A stretch of DNA of 64,000 nt from an uncultured Acidobacteriota bacterium (GTDB taxonomy: Bacteria > Acidobacteriota > Terriglobia > UBA7540), in assembly GCA_963804995.1 (NCBI GenBank), contig CAWDSK010000005.1:512001-576000 (forward strand). Reading direction: 5' to 3'. Of the stretch, positions 22,071-32,575 are shown piece after piece; the stretch's first letter is position 1; each line of letters starts with the position of its first letter. The notes below the pieces were generated by a model. That model did not search any database. It saw only the letters and a list, made by a program, of their open reading frames with translations, and was not told where the DNA came from. Made by a program: the position numbers and the translations under genes.

Positions 22071-22313
22071 ACGTTCCGCGCTGGGGGTGGATTAATCACA
22101 TCAACTCGTTCAGCCCGCCTTCCCGAACGATCCAAGGGTCACCCTCAGTGGGAAGATTCTTGTTCCTCCGCCATCTGACCCTTGCCGCCTTTCAAATGGC
22201 TTCCAGACGAATTCCCTAAACTGAGTTCATTCTGAGGCGAAATGAAATAGACGCGGGTGGCCAAGATGTTTTTCGCACCTGACCCGGTTTTGATGAGGCG
22301 CAGGGCGCCAGCA

Positions 22314-23177
22314 TCAGACCTGCAGATTGCGCAGATAGGGAACACTGGCCTTCATCATCTCCAGGCTCATCTCGACGAAGTAATTCTTGATGCCCCCCGT
22401 TTTCGCTGCGGTAAAGATCTTTTTCCAATCAAGGGTGTCCTGGCCCACCGGCGTTATCTTCCTGGTCTTCGCTGACCAACCCTGCACATGCATCGAAATG
22501 AAGCGACCGGGGTACTTGGTGAAGTACTCGGCTGCGTCGTAACCTTCGCTGATCGTGGAAACCTGGAACTGGAACTTGACCAGCTTCGGATCGAGAAGTT
22601 TAAACAACAAGTCATAGGTCCGCTGGCCGTCGACAACCGTGAGCTCAAAATCCTCGTTGTGGAGGCCCTGCTGGATGCCCGCCTGGGCCGCCTGTTCGCC
22701 CATTTTGTTGTATTCATCGGCCGCCCGCTTCACATCATCCATCGTCGGGTGCCGTGGCCCGTCAAGGCTGGGGACCAGCATTTGGATCAGGCCGACGTCT
22801 TTTGCCCAGGCGATACTTCGCGCCTGGTTTTCCCTGAGTTCCTTGATGCCGAAGTGCGAGCTCACGCATTTGACGCCAGCATCGGCCAAAATCTTCCGCA
22901 GTTCGGTCCCAGTGTATTTGGCAAGGCCGGCAAACCCGGAGTCGGCGTAACCTACCGGCGAGCAAAGCTCGATCGTCTGAAATCCGGCCGCGGCAAGCTG
23001 CTTGATGGTGCCTGGAAAATCCTGGGTGATCATTTTCCTGACAGGCCACGTCTGGCACCCAATGGGCATACCCAGCGGATTGGCACGAAGCTCCCCTGCG
23101 CCTCCGGACAGGAGCCCGGCCACCGCGGCACTCGTCGCCGTATACTTGAAGAATTCTCTTCTCGATATTTTGGACAT
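22314..23177 (-). CDS. Tat-exported sugar phosphate isomerase/epimerase (xylose isomerase-like TIM barrel)
   Basis: SRREFFK twin-arginine signal; LHNEDFE, SMH, YFVE metal ligands. Confidence 0.8.
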   Translation of the reverse strand: MSKISRREFFKYTATSAAVAGLLSGGAGELRANPLGMPIGCQTWPVRKMITQDFPGTIKQLAAAGFQTIELCSPVGYADSGFAGLAKYTGTELRKILADAGVKCVSSHFGIKELRENQARSIAWAKDVGLIQMLVPSLDGPRHPTMDDVKRAADEYNKMGEQAAQAGIQQGLHNEDFELTVVDGQRTYDLLFKLLDPKLVKFQFQVSTISEGYDAAEYFTKYPGRFISMHVQGWSAKTRKITPVGQDTLDWKKIFTAAKTGGIKNYFVEMSLEMMKASVPYLRNLQV

Positions 23178-23486
23178 GAATGCCTCCCTATCAGTTTAAT
23201 CGGTCTGTAGCATGTTAGGTCAAACCGCAGCATTATCTCATGATTCCTAGACCATGAACGAACGACGGTCGAAGATGGGCAAACCGCTAACGTAAGCTGC
23301 CCGCTGGCCTCTCGTTCCGGTCTTCGATCTGTGCGCGTTGATTTCCGCCTCTGGTAGTTGTATACCCTTCATGCCGATCCATTCAATTGGGACTGCAGTC
23401 CGCAGGGCAAATGGAACCGACTGAGTCTTCTGCGTGTGGCAGTCCGATTTCCCGGCAGGCCATGGTCGTGCGAAGGGAGTTATGCT

Positions 23487-25037
23487 ATGGGCAGAAGAAA
23501 AGCCAATCTGTTGAGTCGGCGCCAATTTGTGACCACGGCGTCGGCATTCATGATAGTCCCGCGGCATGTTCTCGGGGGACCGGGCTTTGTTCCGCCCAGC
23601 GACCGCACCACGCTGGCGGCGATTGGCATGGGGCACCAAGGGTTTGAGGTCACGATGAATCTGCTGGCCCGCCCTGACGTGCAGGTGATCGCGGTCTGCG
23701 ACTGCAATAAGAGCAGCATGGACTACGTGGAGTACTCGGACAATGCTGTTCTGACCTCGGCGCGCCGGCTGCTCGGCCCGGGTTACGAAAATTGGGGCGC
23801 GGACCTGGCATCGCCCGGCAGGGTTCAACTCACGCACACGTTTCTGACGAGCGTCGGCATGGGGGGCCGCGAGCCCGCCAAGCGGCTGGTAGAGGCTTAT
23901 TACGGTTCGAGAAGCGGAGCCGCCTCCGGTGAGTATCACGGTTGCACCGCCTACGCCGATTGGCGCGAACTCCTCGACAAGGAGAAGGATTTGGACGCTG
24001 TTTACGTTGCGACGCCCGACCACTGGCACGCCGCAATCTCGCTTACGGCGATGCGCAGGCATAAGCACGTGTTATGTCAGAAACCCATGACACGCACCAT
24101 CGGCGACGCCCGCCGCATGGCAGCCACGGCCCACGAGATGAAAGTGGCGACCTCGGTGACCGTGAACAACCCTTCCACCGAATCTACACGGATCATCTCA
24201 GAGTGGCTTACCGACGGCGCGATCGGGACGGTGCGCGAGGTACACAATTGGTCGAGCCGCCCCTTCTGGCCGCAGGGTGTCGGCCGGCCCGACAACGCGG
24301 ACTCGATCCCCGCAGGCTTCGATTGGGATATGTGGTTGGGGCCGGCGGCGGAGCGTCCTTTCAGCAAAGCGTACCTACCCTTCGTTTGGCGCGGCTGGCA
24401 TGACTTCGGCTGCGGGTCGTTCGGCGATATGGGCTGTTACAGCTTTGCCGGTGTGTTCAAGATTCTCAATCTCACTCCGCCCTTGTCGGTGGAGGCCAGC
24501 TCCAGCGAAAGCTGGGACGAGACCTTCCCGAAGGCCTCCATGGTCCACCTGAATTTCCCGGCTAACGGCAATCGCCCGGCGTTGCGCATGTCGTGGTATG
24601 ACGGAGGCCTGCGGCCTCCACGCCCCGCCGGTCTCAAGGAAAGAGATCAGCGGATGTTCGCGGGCGGTGAGGAGAACGAGGGAATTATGTACGTCGGCGA
24701 CAAAGGCCTCTTGCTTGCCGGATTCAATGGCAACAACCCTCGGGTTTATCCGGAATCCCCCAAATACCAATACCAGGCGCCGCCCCGGCAGCCCGGCACA
24801 CCGCGCACCGAGGCAGCCATCGATCAATGGCTCGCCGCTTGCAAGGGAGGAGCGGAGGCGCCACTCGCTAACTTCGAGCTCCAAAGTCCGGTCACCGAAG
24901 CCTTTCTACTGGGCTGCCTTGCCCAACGTTTCCCCGGCGAATTTCTGGATTGGGACACAGGCAATATGCGCGTCACTAATTCCGAGAAATTGACCGCCTA
25001 TGTTGATCCTCCGTATCGGAGCGCCTACAAGATTTAG
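23487..25037 (+). CDS. Tat-exported Gfo/Idh/MocA oxidoreductase
   Basis: SRRQFV signal; IGMGHQG, VATPDHWHA, CQKPM, WDMWLGPA, WRGWHDFGCGSFGDMGCY. Confidence 0.88.
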   Translation: MGRRKANLLSRRQFVTTASAFMIVPRHVLGGPGFVPPSDRTTLAAIGMGHQGFEVTMNLLARPDVQVIAVCDCNKSSMDYVEYSDNAVLTSARRLLGPGYENWGADLASPGRVQLTHTFLTSVGMGGREPAKRLVEAYYGSRSGAASGEYHGCTAYADWRELLDKEKDLDAVYVATPDHWHAAISLTAMRRHKHVLCQKPMTRTIGDARRMAATAHEMKVATSVTVNNPSTESTRIISEWLTDGAIGTVREVHNWSSRPFWPQGVGRPDNADSIPAGFDWDMWLGPAAERPFSKAYLPFVWRGWHDFGCGSFGDMGCYSFAGVFKILNLTPPLSVEASSSESWDETFPKASMVHLNFPANGNRPALRMSWYDGGLRPPRPAGLKERDQRMFAGGEENEGIMYVGDKGLLLAGFNGNNPRVYPESPKYQYQAPPRQPGTPRTEAAIDQWLAACKGGAEAPLANFELQSPVTEAFLLGCLAQRFPGEFLDWDTGNMRVTNSEKLTAYVDPPYRSAYKI

Positions 25038-25121
25038 CCTGGGCCAAGAAGCCGAGTCCAAGCGTGCCTCGCGCCCTTGGGTGGGTCGGCTGTTGGGCTT
25101 TGGCTAGAGGAAGGACATAGC

Positions 25122-26306
25122 ATGCTGAATCGAGTTGCTTACCATCTAGTGCGCAGTCTGGTTCTTTTGCTCCTTTTCCCTATACTTCTGTCCGCAGCAC
25201 CGCCGCCCAATCCCTTCTGTTCCGATGCTGGTTGTGCCGGAACGCGGCAATTCTTCAGGCAACTCTGCAACTATATTGTCAAAGACAAGAACACTTATCC
25301 GGTCATCTTTATCGGCGGGTACTACATGCGAACTTTGGTGGCCGCATACGAGATCCTGGGCGATCGTCGTTACCTCGATACCGCCATCGCTTACGGCGAT
25401 TATTTGCTCAAGCGGCAAATGCCCAGTGGTTACTGGGCAACGGGTTACGGAACAGTCTATTTCGCTGACACCGGCAGCGCCCTCGGATTGCTCGTGGTCC
25501 TCTATAAACACGTGGATCGAGATCGACAGAAACAATACCTGGACGCGGTCCAGCGCTACGTCAATTCGATTCAAAAAGACGGAATGATTCACACCAATGG
25601 TGCGCTGGGGACCGGCTGGCGGCATGCTGAAAACAATAAATTGAGTGATCCGATCCCTGACGAGTACACCATCTCCTCGGCGCTCACGGGGGGCGAGATT
25701 TTCACCTGGATGTATCACATGACGAAGCAGGAAAAGTATCGCGATGTTGCTTACCACGCCTTGCAGTGGATTATGAGCAACATGCGCGATGACGGCAACA
25801 TTCCTTACATCCTCGCTATGGAAAACGCGGACTGGGCGAAGCGGGGTGAACCGAAGACGGACTACAACCTCTGGACGTGGGCGACGTACATAACTTCTGC
25901 GTACGTCGGGGAAGGTGTGCTTTCGTTCGATCTTTACTGCGATCAACCGGCATGGCGGAAGTGGATTCAAAAAGCGATTCAACCTCAGATCGAGTTTCTG
26001 CTGCGCACGCAGAATCCCAGCGGGACCTGGGCCGTACCGAATACTTGGGATGAAAAACGTGCCCCCGGCGTGGTCGATTTTCTCGTTTGGTATTATGAGC
26101 ATGCCAACAAGGACGCACGGGTGGCTCAAGCCGTCAAAAAGTTTGACGCTTTCGTTCTGGACCCGCAGAAGGCCAAGGCATATGGTCTACTGAACGCCGG
26201 CGCGGTGCAGACGGGGGAGAACCTCGATGATGACGATGTGCTGACCAGCCTCACTGGTCGCGCCGTCGCGGACATGCTTTCCCCGGGGATTGACGCCAAG
26301 TGGTGA
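25122..26306 (+). CDS. Exported (alpha/alpha)-barrel protein, possible glycoside hydrolase/lyase
   Basis: Signal peptide; helical repeats AYEILGDRRYLDTA..YLLKRQ-SGYW and FLLRTQNPSGTW. Confidence 0.55.
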   Translation: MLNRVAYHLVRSLVLLLLFPILLSAAPPPNPFCSDAGCAGTRQFFRQLCNYIVKDKNTYPVIFIGGYYMRTLVAAYEILGDRRYLDTAIAYGDYLLKRQMPSGYWATGYGTVYFADTGSALGLLVVLYKHVDRDRQKQYLDAVQRYVNSIQKDGMIHTNGALGTGWRHAENNKLSDPIPDEYTISSALTGGEIFTWMYHMTKQEKYRDVAYHALQWIMSNMRDDGNIPYILAMENADWAKRGEPKTDYNLWTWATYITSAYVGEGVLSFDLYCDQPAWRKWIQKAIQPQIEFLLRTQNPSGTWAVPNTWDEKRAPGVVDFLVWYYEHANKDARVAQAVKKFDAFVLDPQKAKAYGLLNAGAVQTGENLDDDDVLTSLTGRAVADMLSPGIDAKW

Positions 26307-26576
26307 GGGTGAAACCCGCTAACCGTGATCCGGGAGTATCACTCTGGCGGAGGGCAGGGGCATGATGAAGGCCACGCCTGCACGGCTTGCGACCATTCCT
26401 TCGACACGCCAGTTGAGAATCTCCAACTCTATGCAGACCCTGCCAAGCAATGCTTACATGTGGGGGAAATTCCCCCATAAACACGAGCGAAGTTTGTCGA
26501 TGAACTGAGAAAGCGCACCCGAGGTTTGTCCAGAGGAATGCCTTCTATTTTTCCGTGTCGATCAGGAACTCAAGTC

Positions 26577-27740
26577 ATGAGCAACAGAGACACTAAGATT
26601 ACCCGGGTCCTTTCCGCCTTGAATCACCAAGAAAGCGATCAGGTCCCCGTGGGCGAGTTTTTCTGGACCAGTTTCGTTCAACGGGCCAAAAAGGATCTGG
26701 GCGCCGGCAATAACTTCGACCCTTATCGTTACTGGGATCTGGATTTGGTCGTTATCAACCCCAATATGGACCCTCATATCGCCGGCATTCAGATGCTGGA
26801 GGACTTGCCCGATCGCCAGGTGGTCAAAACCGGTTTCGAAGCCACTATTGAGCGGAGAAGCACCTACCCCATGCCCCGCTTCTTGGAGTTTGCGACCCAG
26901 AGCTACGGAGATATGCGCGCCTTTGTTTTTGATGATCCTGCCGACCCCAGGCGGTACCACGCCGCAATCGACGATCAAATCAATGCCGTGACCGACGCGC
27001 TGAACCTGAACTTGCCCTCTTTCGTCGACCGGGTAAATTCCTACGCGGATGATTTCTGCGTCTTCGGTAGCGTGTGCGAGCCCCATGAAATGATTTGGCG
27101 AATCCTGGGCACTGAGAATGCCCTGATCAAGATGGCCGAGGAACCCGCCGAGATGCAGAAGTTCACAGAGCGCCTGGGCGATTTCCTGGTCGGCATCGTC
27201 AAGGGCCAGATCGCCGCGGCAGGCCGCAAGCTCACGGGTCTGTACATCTGGGGTGACGTGGCTTACCGGTTGGGCATGATGTTCTCACCCGACTATTGGC
27301 GGAAAGTGTACAAACCACAACTGAAGCGGATATGCGACCAGATTCATTCGGCCGGGCTGAAAGTGATCTACCACGGCTGCGGTAATGCCTCGGCGGTGTA
27401 TGACGACCTAAGGCAGGCCGGTGTCGATTGCTACAATCCCCTAGAGGCCAAGGCAGACCTGGATGTGGTGGCGTTGAAACGAAAGTACGGCCAGCGTTGG
27501 GCCTTCAACGGCAATATCGATATCCGAGTGCTTTCGACCAACGACCGCGAGCAGGTTCACCGCGAGGTTCTTCGCAAGCTGAACGCGGCCAAAGGAGGCG
27601 GTTACATCATCCAATCCGACCATTCCGTATCTGGCGATGTCGATGCCTCGACCTACGACTACTACCTTCGGTTGGTGCGTGAATACGGAAAGTACCCGCT
27701 GACGTTAGGCGAGTTTGATGAAGAAATTTCGAGTCGCTAA
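26577..27740 (+). CDS. Uroporphyrinogen decarboxylase / MtaA-CmuA superfamily protein
   Basis: DQVPV, WGDVAY-GMMFSP, IYHGCG, NPLE, FNGNID, GGYIIQSDHSV. Confidence 0.8.
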   Translation: MSNRDTKITRVLSALNHQESDQVPVGEFFWTSFVQRAKKDLGAGNNFDPYRYWDLDLVVINPNMDPHIAGIQMLEDLPDRQVVKTGFEATIERRSTYPMPRFLEFATQSYGDMRAFVFDDPADPRRYHAAIDDQINAVTDALNLNLPSFVDRVNSYADDFCVFGSVCEPHEMIWRILGTENALIKMAEEPAEMQKFTERLGDFLVGIVKGQIAAAGRKLTGLYIWGDVAYRLGMMFSPDYWRKVYKPQLKRICDQIHSAGLKVIYHGCGNASAVYDDLRQAGVDCYNPLEAKADLDVVALKRKYGQRWAFNGNIDIRVLSTNDREQVHREVLRKLNAAKGGGYIIQSDHSVSGDVDASTYDYYLRLVREYGKYPLTLGEFDEEISSR

Positions 27741-27830
27741 AGCTGGTGACTGCTGTCAACATTGCCCAGCGTGTGATTCTCCTGGGCTCTCTGCCTTTGT
27801 GCGGGCGACTAAGTTGGCATGGCCGTGGCC

Positions 27831-30488
27831 CTACAAGATGGGAGCATTGTCGCCCCTCGGGGGATGCCCCTTATAGTTTCCATATTGAGATAAAGCCGCG
27901 CGCTTCGATGGTGGCACGAGATCGTCCCACTTCAAGATGGGCTTGATTTCTTCCACAGCAGAATCCACATGGAAGCGAATCGTCACGATCTGCTGCGGCC
28001 TGACGGGGAAGCGATACGTGGGGCCGCCTTCGAGGGCGTGGGGATTCCTGCCCCGCAAGTCTGTCAGGGCCGCGCTCTGATGCGGCAGGTTCACCGTGAC
28101 TTCCGCCGTGCCTGGATGCCCCAGGCACTCGATCAAGCGCATTTCGATCTCTTTCCCTTCCCGGCGAATCACGGGGACAATCAGGTTGTTGGAAGTCTGG
28201 ACGAACGGCTTCTCCGGGATTGGTCGTTTGTCGGAGAGGACGATGGGGGGACTGTTGTATTCCCAGGCCATGTGCGGAATCCGCGCCTGGTCCCAGTTTT
28301 CTTCGTGCGCAACCAGAGCGTAGGCCAGCACATTCTTTCCTTTTCCGCTCAACCAGGGGTTTGGCCATCCGTAATATTTATCGGTGGCGTTAAGCAAATA
28401 GATAATAGGCGTGCGGCCATTGAGCTCTCGCCCTGAAAGCCCTCGATCCAAAACGGCCACGCCTCCGCCACCCGCCAGAGTGTAATGAACCCAGCCTACT
28501 GCGGGGACAATCCCTTTCGTCCAGCCGGGTAAGTCCGCGTTAGGCTTGGTCCAAGCACCGTGAGAAAAACCGTTGGGAATAGCGCGCCGGACCTCCTCGA
28601 TGTCCGCGGCCAGAGGAAACTCCGCGACCACCACGGTGAGGTCCGGGATATCGTTCAGTTCAGTTTCAAAGTCGATGCGGGGATAGTTTTCATAGAACTG
28701 TATGAGGCGGCGGACCCGACTGCCACCTAGAAACTGGCTGGTGATCTCCACGGTGGTTGCCAGTGGACCGCGGGTGACGGTGAGGGCGGGCTTCAAATCG
28801 CTCGAGGAGGCAAGCCGGGTGCGCTCAGGCCGTGGGAGCATGAAATCACCCGGATCGCCGTCTTGCGATTTCGGCCTTTCAGCCAACAGCACATTCGCGG
28901 CGCCGCCCAGAACTTCGCGCCCCGAGGGCTTGAGCTTCAGGCTGGCCAGAGCCCCGGTGTTCGGGTCGATGCGGGCTGAGTAGTACTTCGTCTCGATGCT
29001 GGGGGGAAGCTCTATCCGCTTCGCCGGTTCGGCCTCTTTCGCGGCAAGCGCGATCCCTGTGATTCCCAGGGACGGCAGGCGCAAACTGCACATTGTTTTC
29101 CCCTTGATGTTCTGGCAGTCGTATCCCTCCACGGCTTTCCCCTGCAGCGCCTCCAGGATGACTGGATCGTGGCGCTCCCAGTTGAGTGGGTTGAACAAGG
29201 CCACGCCTTCCCCTGCGGGAATCAGGGCGCCCAGCGCTTCCGCGTGCACCTTCTTATTCGTGCCTTCAATAGCTTCCATTCGGTCGCGAACATCCCATGA
29301 GGTCTTGCTCTCGAAAACCATTCCCCCGGCCGAACCCCACAGCGTGTTGCGGTCCATGTTCAGTAGCATCATCACCCAGGCCTTATAGAGGCTGTCAACG
29401 GGGTATGCAAAGGTGGAACGGAGACTGGCAATCGTGGCGAGGGACTCTGCCGCTTCCAGTCCGTGTTCGTTCTTGCGATACCAGGTCTTGACGCGTGGAT
29501 TCTGAATCCAGAACGAATCATAAGTGTAGCCGGTGCCTCCTTTCATGGTAGGAATCTGGAGTTTGCCTGACTTGACATCGGGCAGTACCGCATCCAGATA
29601 ATTGCCGGCGATTGCAATTTGGATCTTGGTGTGCGGATTCACTTGCTTCCATTGATCCAGAAACTCTCGGGGGTATTCCTTCCTGAGCGGAGCAAGATTG
29701 TAGTCGCCGTACCCGGCCAAAATGAGAATGGGGGCTCCGGCCGGAGTGGTTTTGGCCTTCTCCCGCAACGCGCCCTCAAGCTTCCGGAGTTCATCGGGAG
29801 TCACTTGGTCTTTGCTGCCAAACAGCGGTCCAAACTCCGAGTAATGGCCGGGGCACAAGGCCAGTATTCGCGAGCCATCGGGTGATTCCACCCAGTGCAT
29901 CGTGCTCCCAGTGCGATTCATCCGAGTGTAAACCATGGCTACGAGCCCCAGCCCCGCACAAAGCTGGCCCATCTGATCGTGCGTGCCGCAGACGTCGATG
30001 GTCCAGGCCGTACGGGGGCTGACGCCCATGACCTGTTCCTGCCAGCGCAGCCCTTCAACCCCCTCCTTGATGAGTGCTTCACCGCCCGAAAGGTTGATGG
30101 TCATTTCGAGGAAAGCGGCGTTAACCAACTCTACCCGGCCCTCCTTGGCCCGCTGCTTGATCTCCTCCAGCCGCGCTGGCTGGAAATTCATAATGGCGAT
30201 CATGGTGTTGCATTCGGAGAGCACGAATTTGTAAGTGGGATCGTCGCGCACGCGGTCCAGATGGTCCAGATAGCTATTGGCACAGTAAACGCGTTCATTT
30301 GAGAAGTTGGTTAACCACCCACAACTCGCTGGGTGAAAGTTGGGCACGATGAAAGCTTCCAGGGGAGTGGCTTCTTCGTTTTGTTTGGCTGGGCGGAAGG
30401 AGAAAAGCGATATGCTGCCGGCCGCGGTGCCGGTCAAGCCTGACAAAAAGCCTCGTCTACTGACGGATTTCCGCAAGGGATTTGCCAT
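27831..30488 (-). CDS. Tat-exported glycoside hydrolase family 38 (alpha-mannosidase-like)
   Basis: SRRGFL signal; H..GW at N-terminus, W-x-x-D (WTIDVCG) nucleophile region, LFNPLNWER, RIDFETE. Confidence 0.75.
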   Translation of the reverse strand: MANPLRKSVSRRGFLSGLTGTAAGSISLFSFRPAKQNEEATPLEAFIVPNFHPASCGWLTNFSNERVYCANSYLDHLDRVRDDPTYKFVLSECNTMIAIMNFQPARLEEIKQRAKEGRVELVNAAFLEMTINLSGGEALIKEGVEGLRWQEQVMGVSPRTAWTIDVCGTHDQMGQLCAGLGLVAMVYTRMNRTGSTMHWVESPDGSRILALCPGHYSEFGPLFGSKDQVTPDELRKLEGALREKAKTTPAGAPILILAGYGDYNLAPLRKEYPREFLDQWKQVNPHTKIQIAIAGNYLDAVLPDVKSGKLQIPTMKGGTGYTYDSFWIQNPRVKTWYRKNEHGLEAAESLATIASLRSTFAYPVDSLYKAWVMMLLNMDRNTLWGSAGGMVFESKTSWDVRDRMEAIEGTNKKVHAEALGALIPAGEGVALFNPLNWERHDPVILEALQGKAVEGYDCQNIKGKTMCSLRLPSLGITGIALAAKEAEPAKRIELPPSIETKYYSARIDPNTGALASLKLKPSGREVLGGAANVLLAERPKSQDGDPGDFMLPRPERTRLASSSDLKPALTVTRGPLATTVEITSQFLGGSRVRRLIQFYENYPRIDFETELNDIPDLTVVVAEFPLAADIEEVRRAIPNGFSHGAWTKPNADLPGWTKGIVPAVGWVHYTLAGGGGVAVLDRGLSGRELNGRTPIIYLLNATDKYYGWPNPWLSGKGKNVLAYALVAHEENWDQARIPHMAWEYNSPPIVLSDKRPIPEKPFVQTSNNLIVPVIRREGKEIEMRLIECLGHPGTAEVTVNLPHQSAALTDLRGRNPHALEGGPTYRFPVRPQQIVTIRFHVDSAVEEIKPILKWDDLVPPSKRAALSQYGNYKGHPPRGDNAPIL

Positions 30489-30921
30489 GATGACGCCTCC
30501 TCGGAATATCGGGCCATGGAGAGATTCTGAATCAGAGCGCCTGCAAAATCCCGGACAGCGTCGAATGCCGCAATCCGAGATCTCATTTGAGGATCAACGC
30601 AACGAGCGGCCCTCGTGGTTCGCCAAAGTTCTGGCCGTCTGAGGAATCAATAACACAGTTGCTGCCCTCCCGCCACCGTTCTGTCGCCTCTGTGTCGTTG
30701 GCATATGAAATGTCCGAGTCAATTAGCACGTGAGCTGTCCGCTGGTGACTTGCACCGTGTAAGGGGCGTGCGACCCATCAGTGCTTGGTGACTGGTTTGC
30801 GTAGGCCCTCGGCGCGCCCGGCAGGGCAGGGCTTGTTATTCCATTGAGCCGCACGTAGAATTACCGCAAATTTTTGCGGATTATCCAATCTAATGAGAGG
30901 CGGTTTCGCCGGGAAGTCTTC

Positions 30922-31620
30922 ATGCTGAGCAATCGCCGTCTCTCAATCCTTTGCGGGTTCATTATCCTCGCTGCCGGCGCCTCCGTGTTCTCGGGCCCGG
31001 CGCGCGCCCAGAGCCAGGTGGCTGAACATGCCCGCGTGATCGTTCCCAATTCCACGGTCGAGCACCCAGAGGATATCGGGAAAAAGTCGCATACCAATTA
31101 CCTGATCCTTTATCAGCCCGCCAAAGGCGGGGGGGGCGGCCCCGCGGGCGAGATGCCCCTTTCGCTCTCCTGTGTTTACCAGACGTGGGCGACGTCGCTT
31201 TTTTCTGTGGGCTGTCCGTATAGTTCGAGCACAGCCTCACCGAGTGGAGGCTTTGGAATTATCGCCTCGATCGTGGGAGGCCAGCGGGGCGTGCCGGACC
31301 TCTCCTTTGATGCCAACCCCAGCACCGGCGTCTCCGTGTACGACACTATGAGTCGCCAAGGAATGTCAGGATGGATGGTGTTTGGAGGAACGAGCGTCTC
31401 CTCCCCGTCACTGGCGGGGATCGTGAATTGGGCGGGGAGCCATTACTCCAGCACCAACACTGAGCTGACCAATATTTACGGTTGCTACGCCACGGGATCC
31501 TGCAATTCTGCGAATTTCCGCGATATCACTTCCGGCAGCAAAGCGGGCAGCTTTAGCCCCCAGGTGGGCTGGGATTTCATCACCGGAGTCGGTTCGAGCC
31601 TTGGGGCAACCAATAAATAA
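30922..31620 (+). pseudogene. S53 (sedolisin)-family peptidase with in-frame internal deletion
   Basis: Keeps signal peptide, RGVPDLSFDA, GGTSVSSP (catalytic Ser), FRDITSG, GWDFITGVGS; the ExxLD and SGD segments are absent. Confidence 0.7.
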
Positions 31621-31649
31621 CCGGATCGAATAGGGCGAGTCTTTTGCCG

Positions 31650-31680
31650 GGGCCTCCTTTCGGGGAGGCCCTTTTCTTTT
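31650..31680 (+). terminator. Rho-independent terminator
   Basis: GGGCCTCC-TTTCGG-GGAGGCCC followed by TTTTCTTTT. Confidence 0.8.
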
Positions 31681-31691
31681 CCGCTCGCGGC

Positions 31692-32102
31692 CTAGTTATG
31701 GATTCCGGCATTATGCGCTGCCATCACCACTGACGGAACGCCGAAGAGCAAGGGCATAAATCTTTCCGCCTTGTGATGGCCGGTTTTGTGCATTGCATAG
31801 GACAGACCCAGCCCCACTCCGAAGCCCACGAATTTGAGCGCATAACGGGATGCCGGGGACTGCGCCAGGGGATTCAACTCACGAGTTCCAGGAACTTCCA
31901 GAGCTCGATTCGTGGTGGCGACGTCAGCCGCCATCATGGCGCCAGAGAGGGCTTGCATCATAACATTCGGCCCATCGAGGAATTTGTGCGTCGGAGCGGG
32001 GCGTTCCACGAGAACAGGATTGGCCGCAGCCAGGGCTAACGATGGAACCAAACAAAGCCCCATCGCCAGAAGCAGAGTGATCGTGCGTTGGTAAGACCTC
32101 AT
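31692..32102 (-). CDS. Small exported/membrane hypothetical protein (D-x-x-TT...ExNP motif, DUF5658-like)
   Basis: GAGGAGG RBS; signal peptide; ADVATTNRAL..G-RELNP followed by hydrophobic helices. Confidence 0.6.
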   Translation of the reverse strand: MRSYQRTITLLLAMGLCLVPSLALAAANPVLVERPAPTHKFLDGPNVMMQALSGAMMAADVATTNRALEVPGTRELNPLAQSPASRYALKFVGFGVGLGLSYAMHKTGHHKAERFMPLLFGVPSVVMAAHNAGIHN

Positions 32103-32575
32103 GATTTCCTCCTCAAGGTATTGGGCGGGACCTTTCCGTGAAGCCTCCGCCGGTTGGTGATGGACAGGGACCCAGGGCAAGGGCAGAGCCCTGAGCTAGA
32201 CTGCGACGCAACCTTGACGCCTTCCGGGGTGCGCCCAGTGATTTCTCAAGCACAACCCCTATATCGGCGGGTGTTCTGCTTCTCGTGACACTAAATTTTT
32301 GGGGAGAGGGGATGCCGATTAAGTAGGCTATCTATATAGCTAATTGATGGGTAGGGCCGGGAGGGTGTCGCTCATCGGTTGTGAGCTAAAAATGCAGAAG
32401 GGAGGCAGCGGCCTGGGGCGCGAGGGGCGTATTTGCAAAGTTGGCGGGACTTCGGGGGCTGCACTTTATCGAACGCGCCAGTGATTTCTGAAGCTCCAGC
32501 ACCCCCTTACGATGCCCTGTGACGAGACGGGTGGCGACAGGCTGACCTAAAAGCAGGGATCGCGCAGGGTGGAAA

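Noticed and set aside
32103..32260. Riboswitch upstream of the small membrane protein gene
   Set aside because: GC-rich stems are possible but I could not match any known aptamer consensus; an Rfam scan would be needed.
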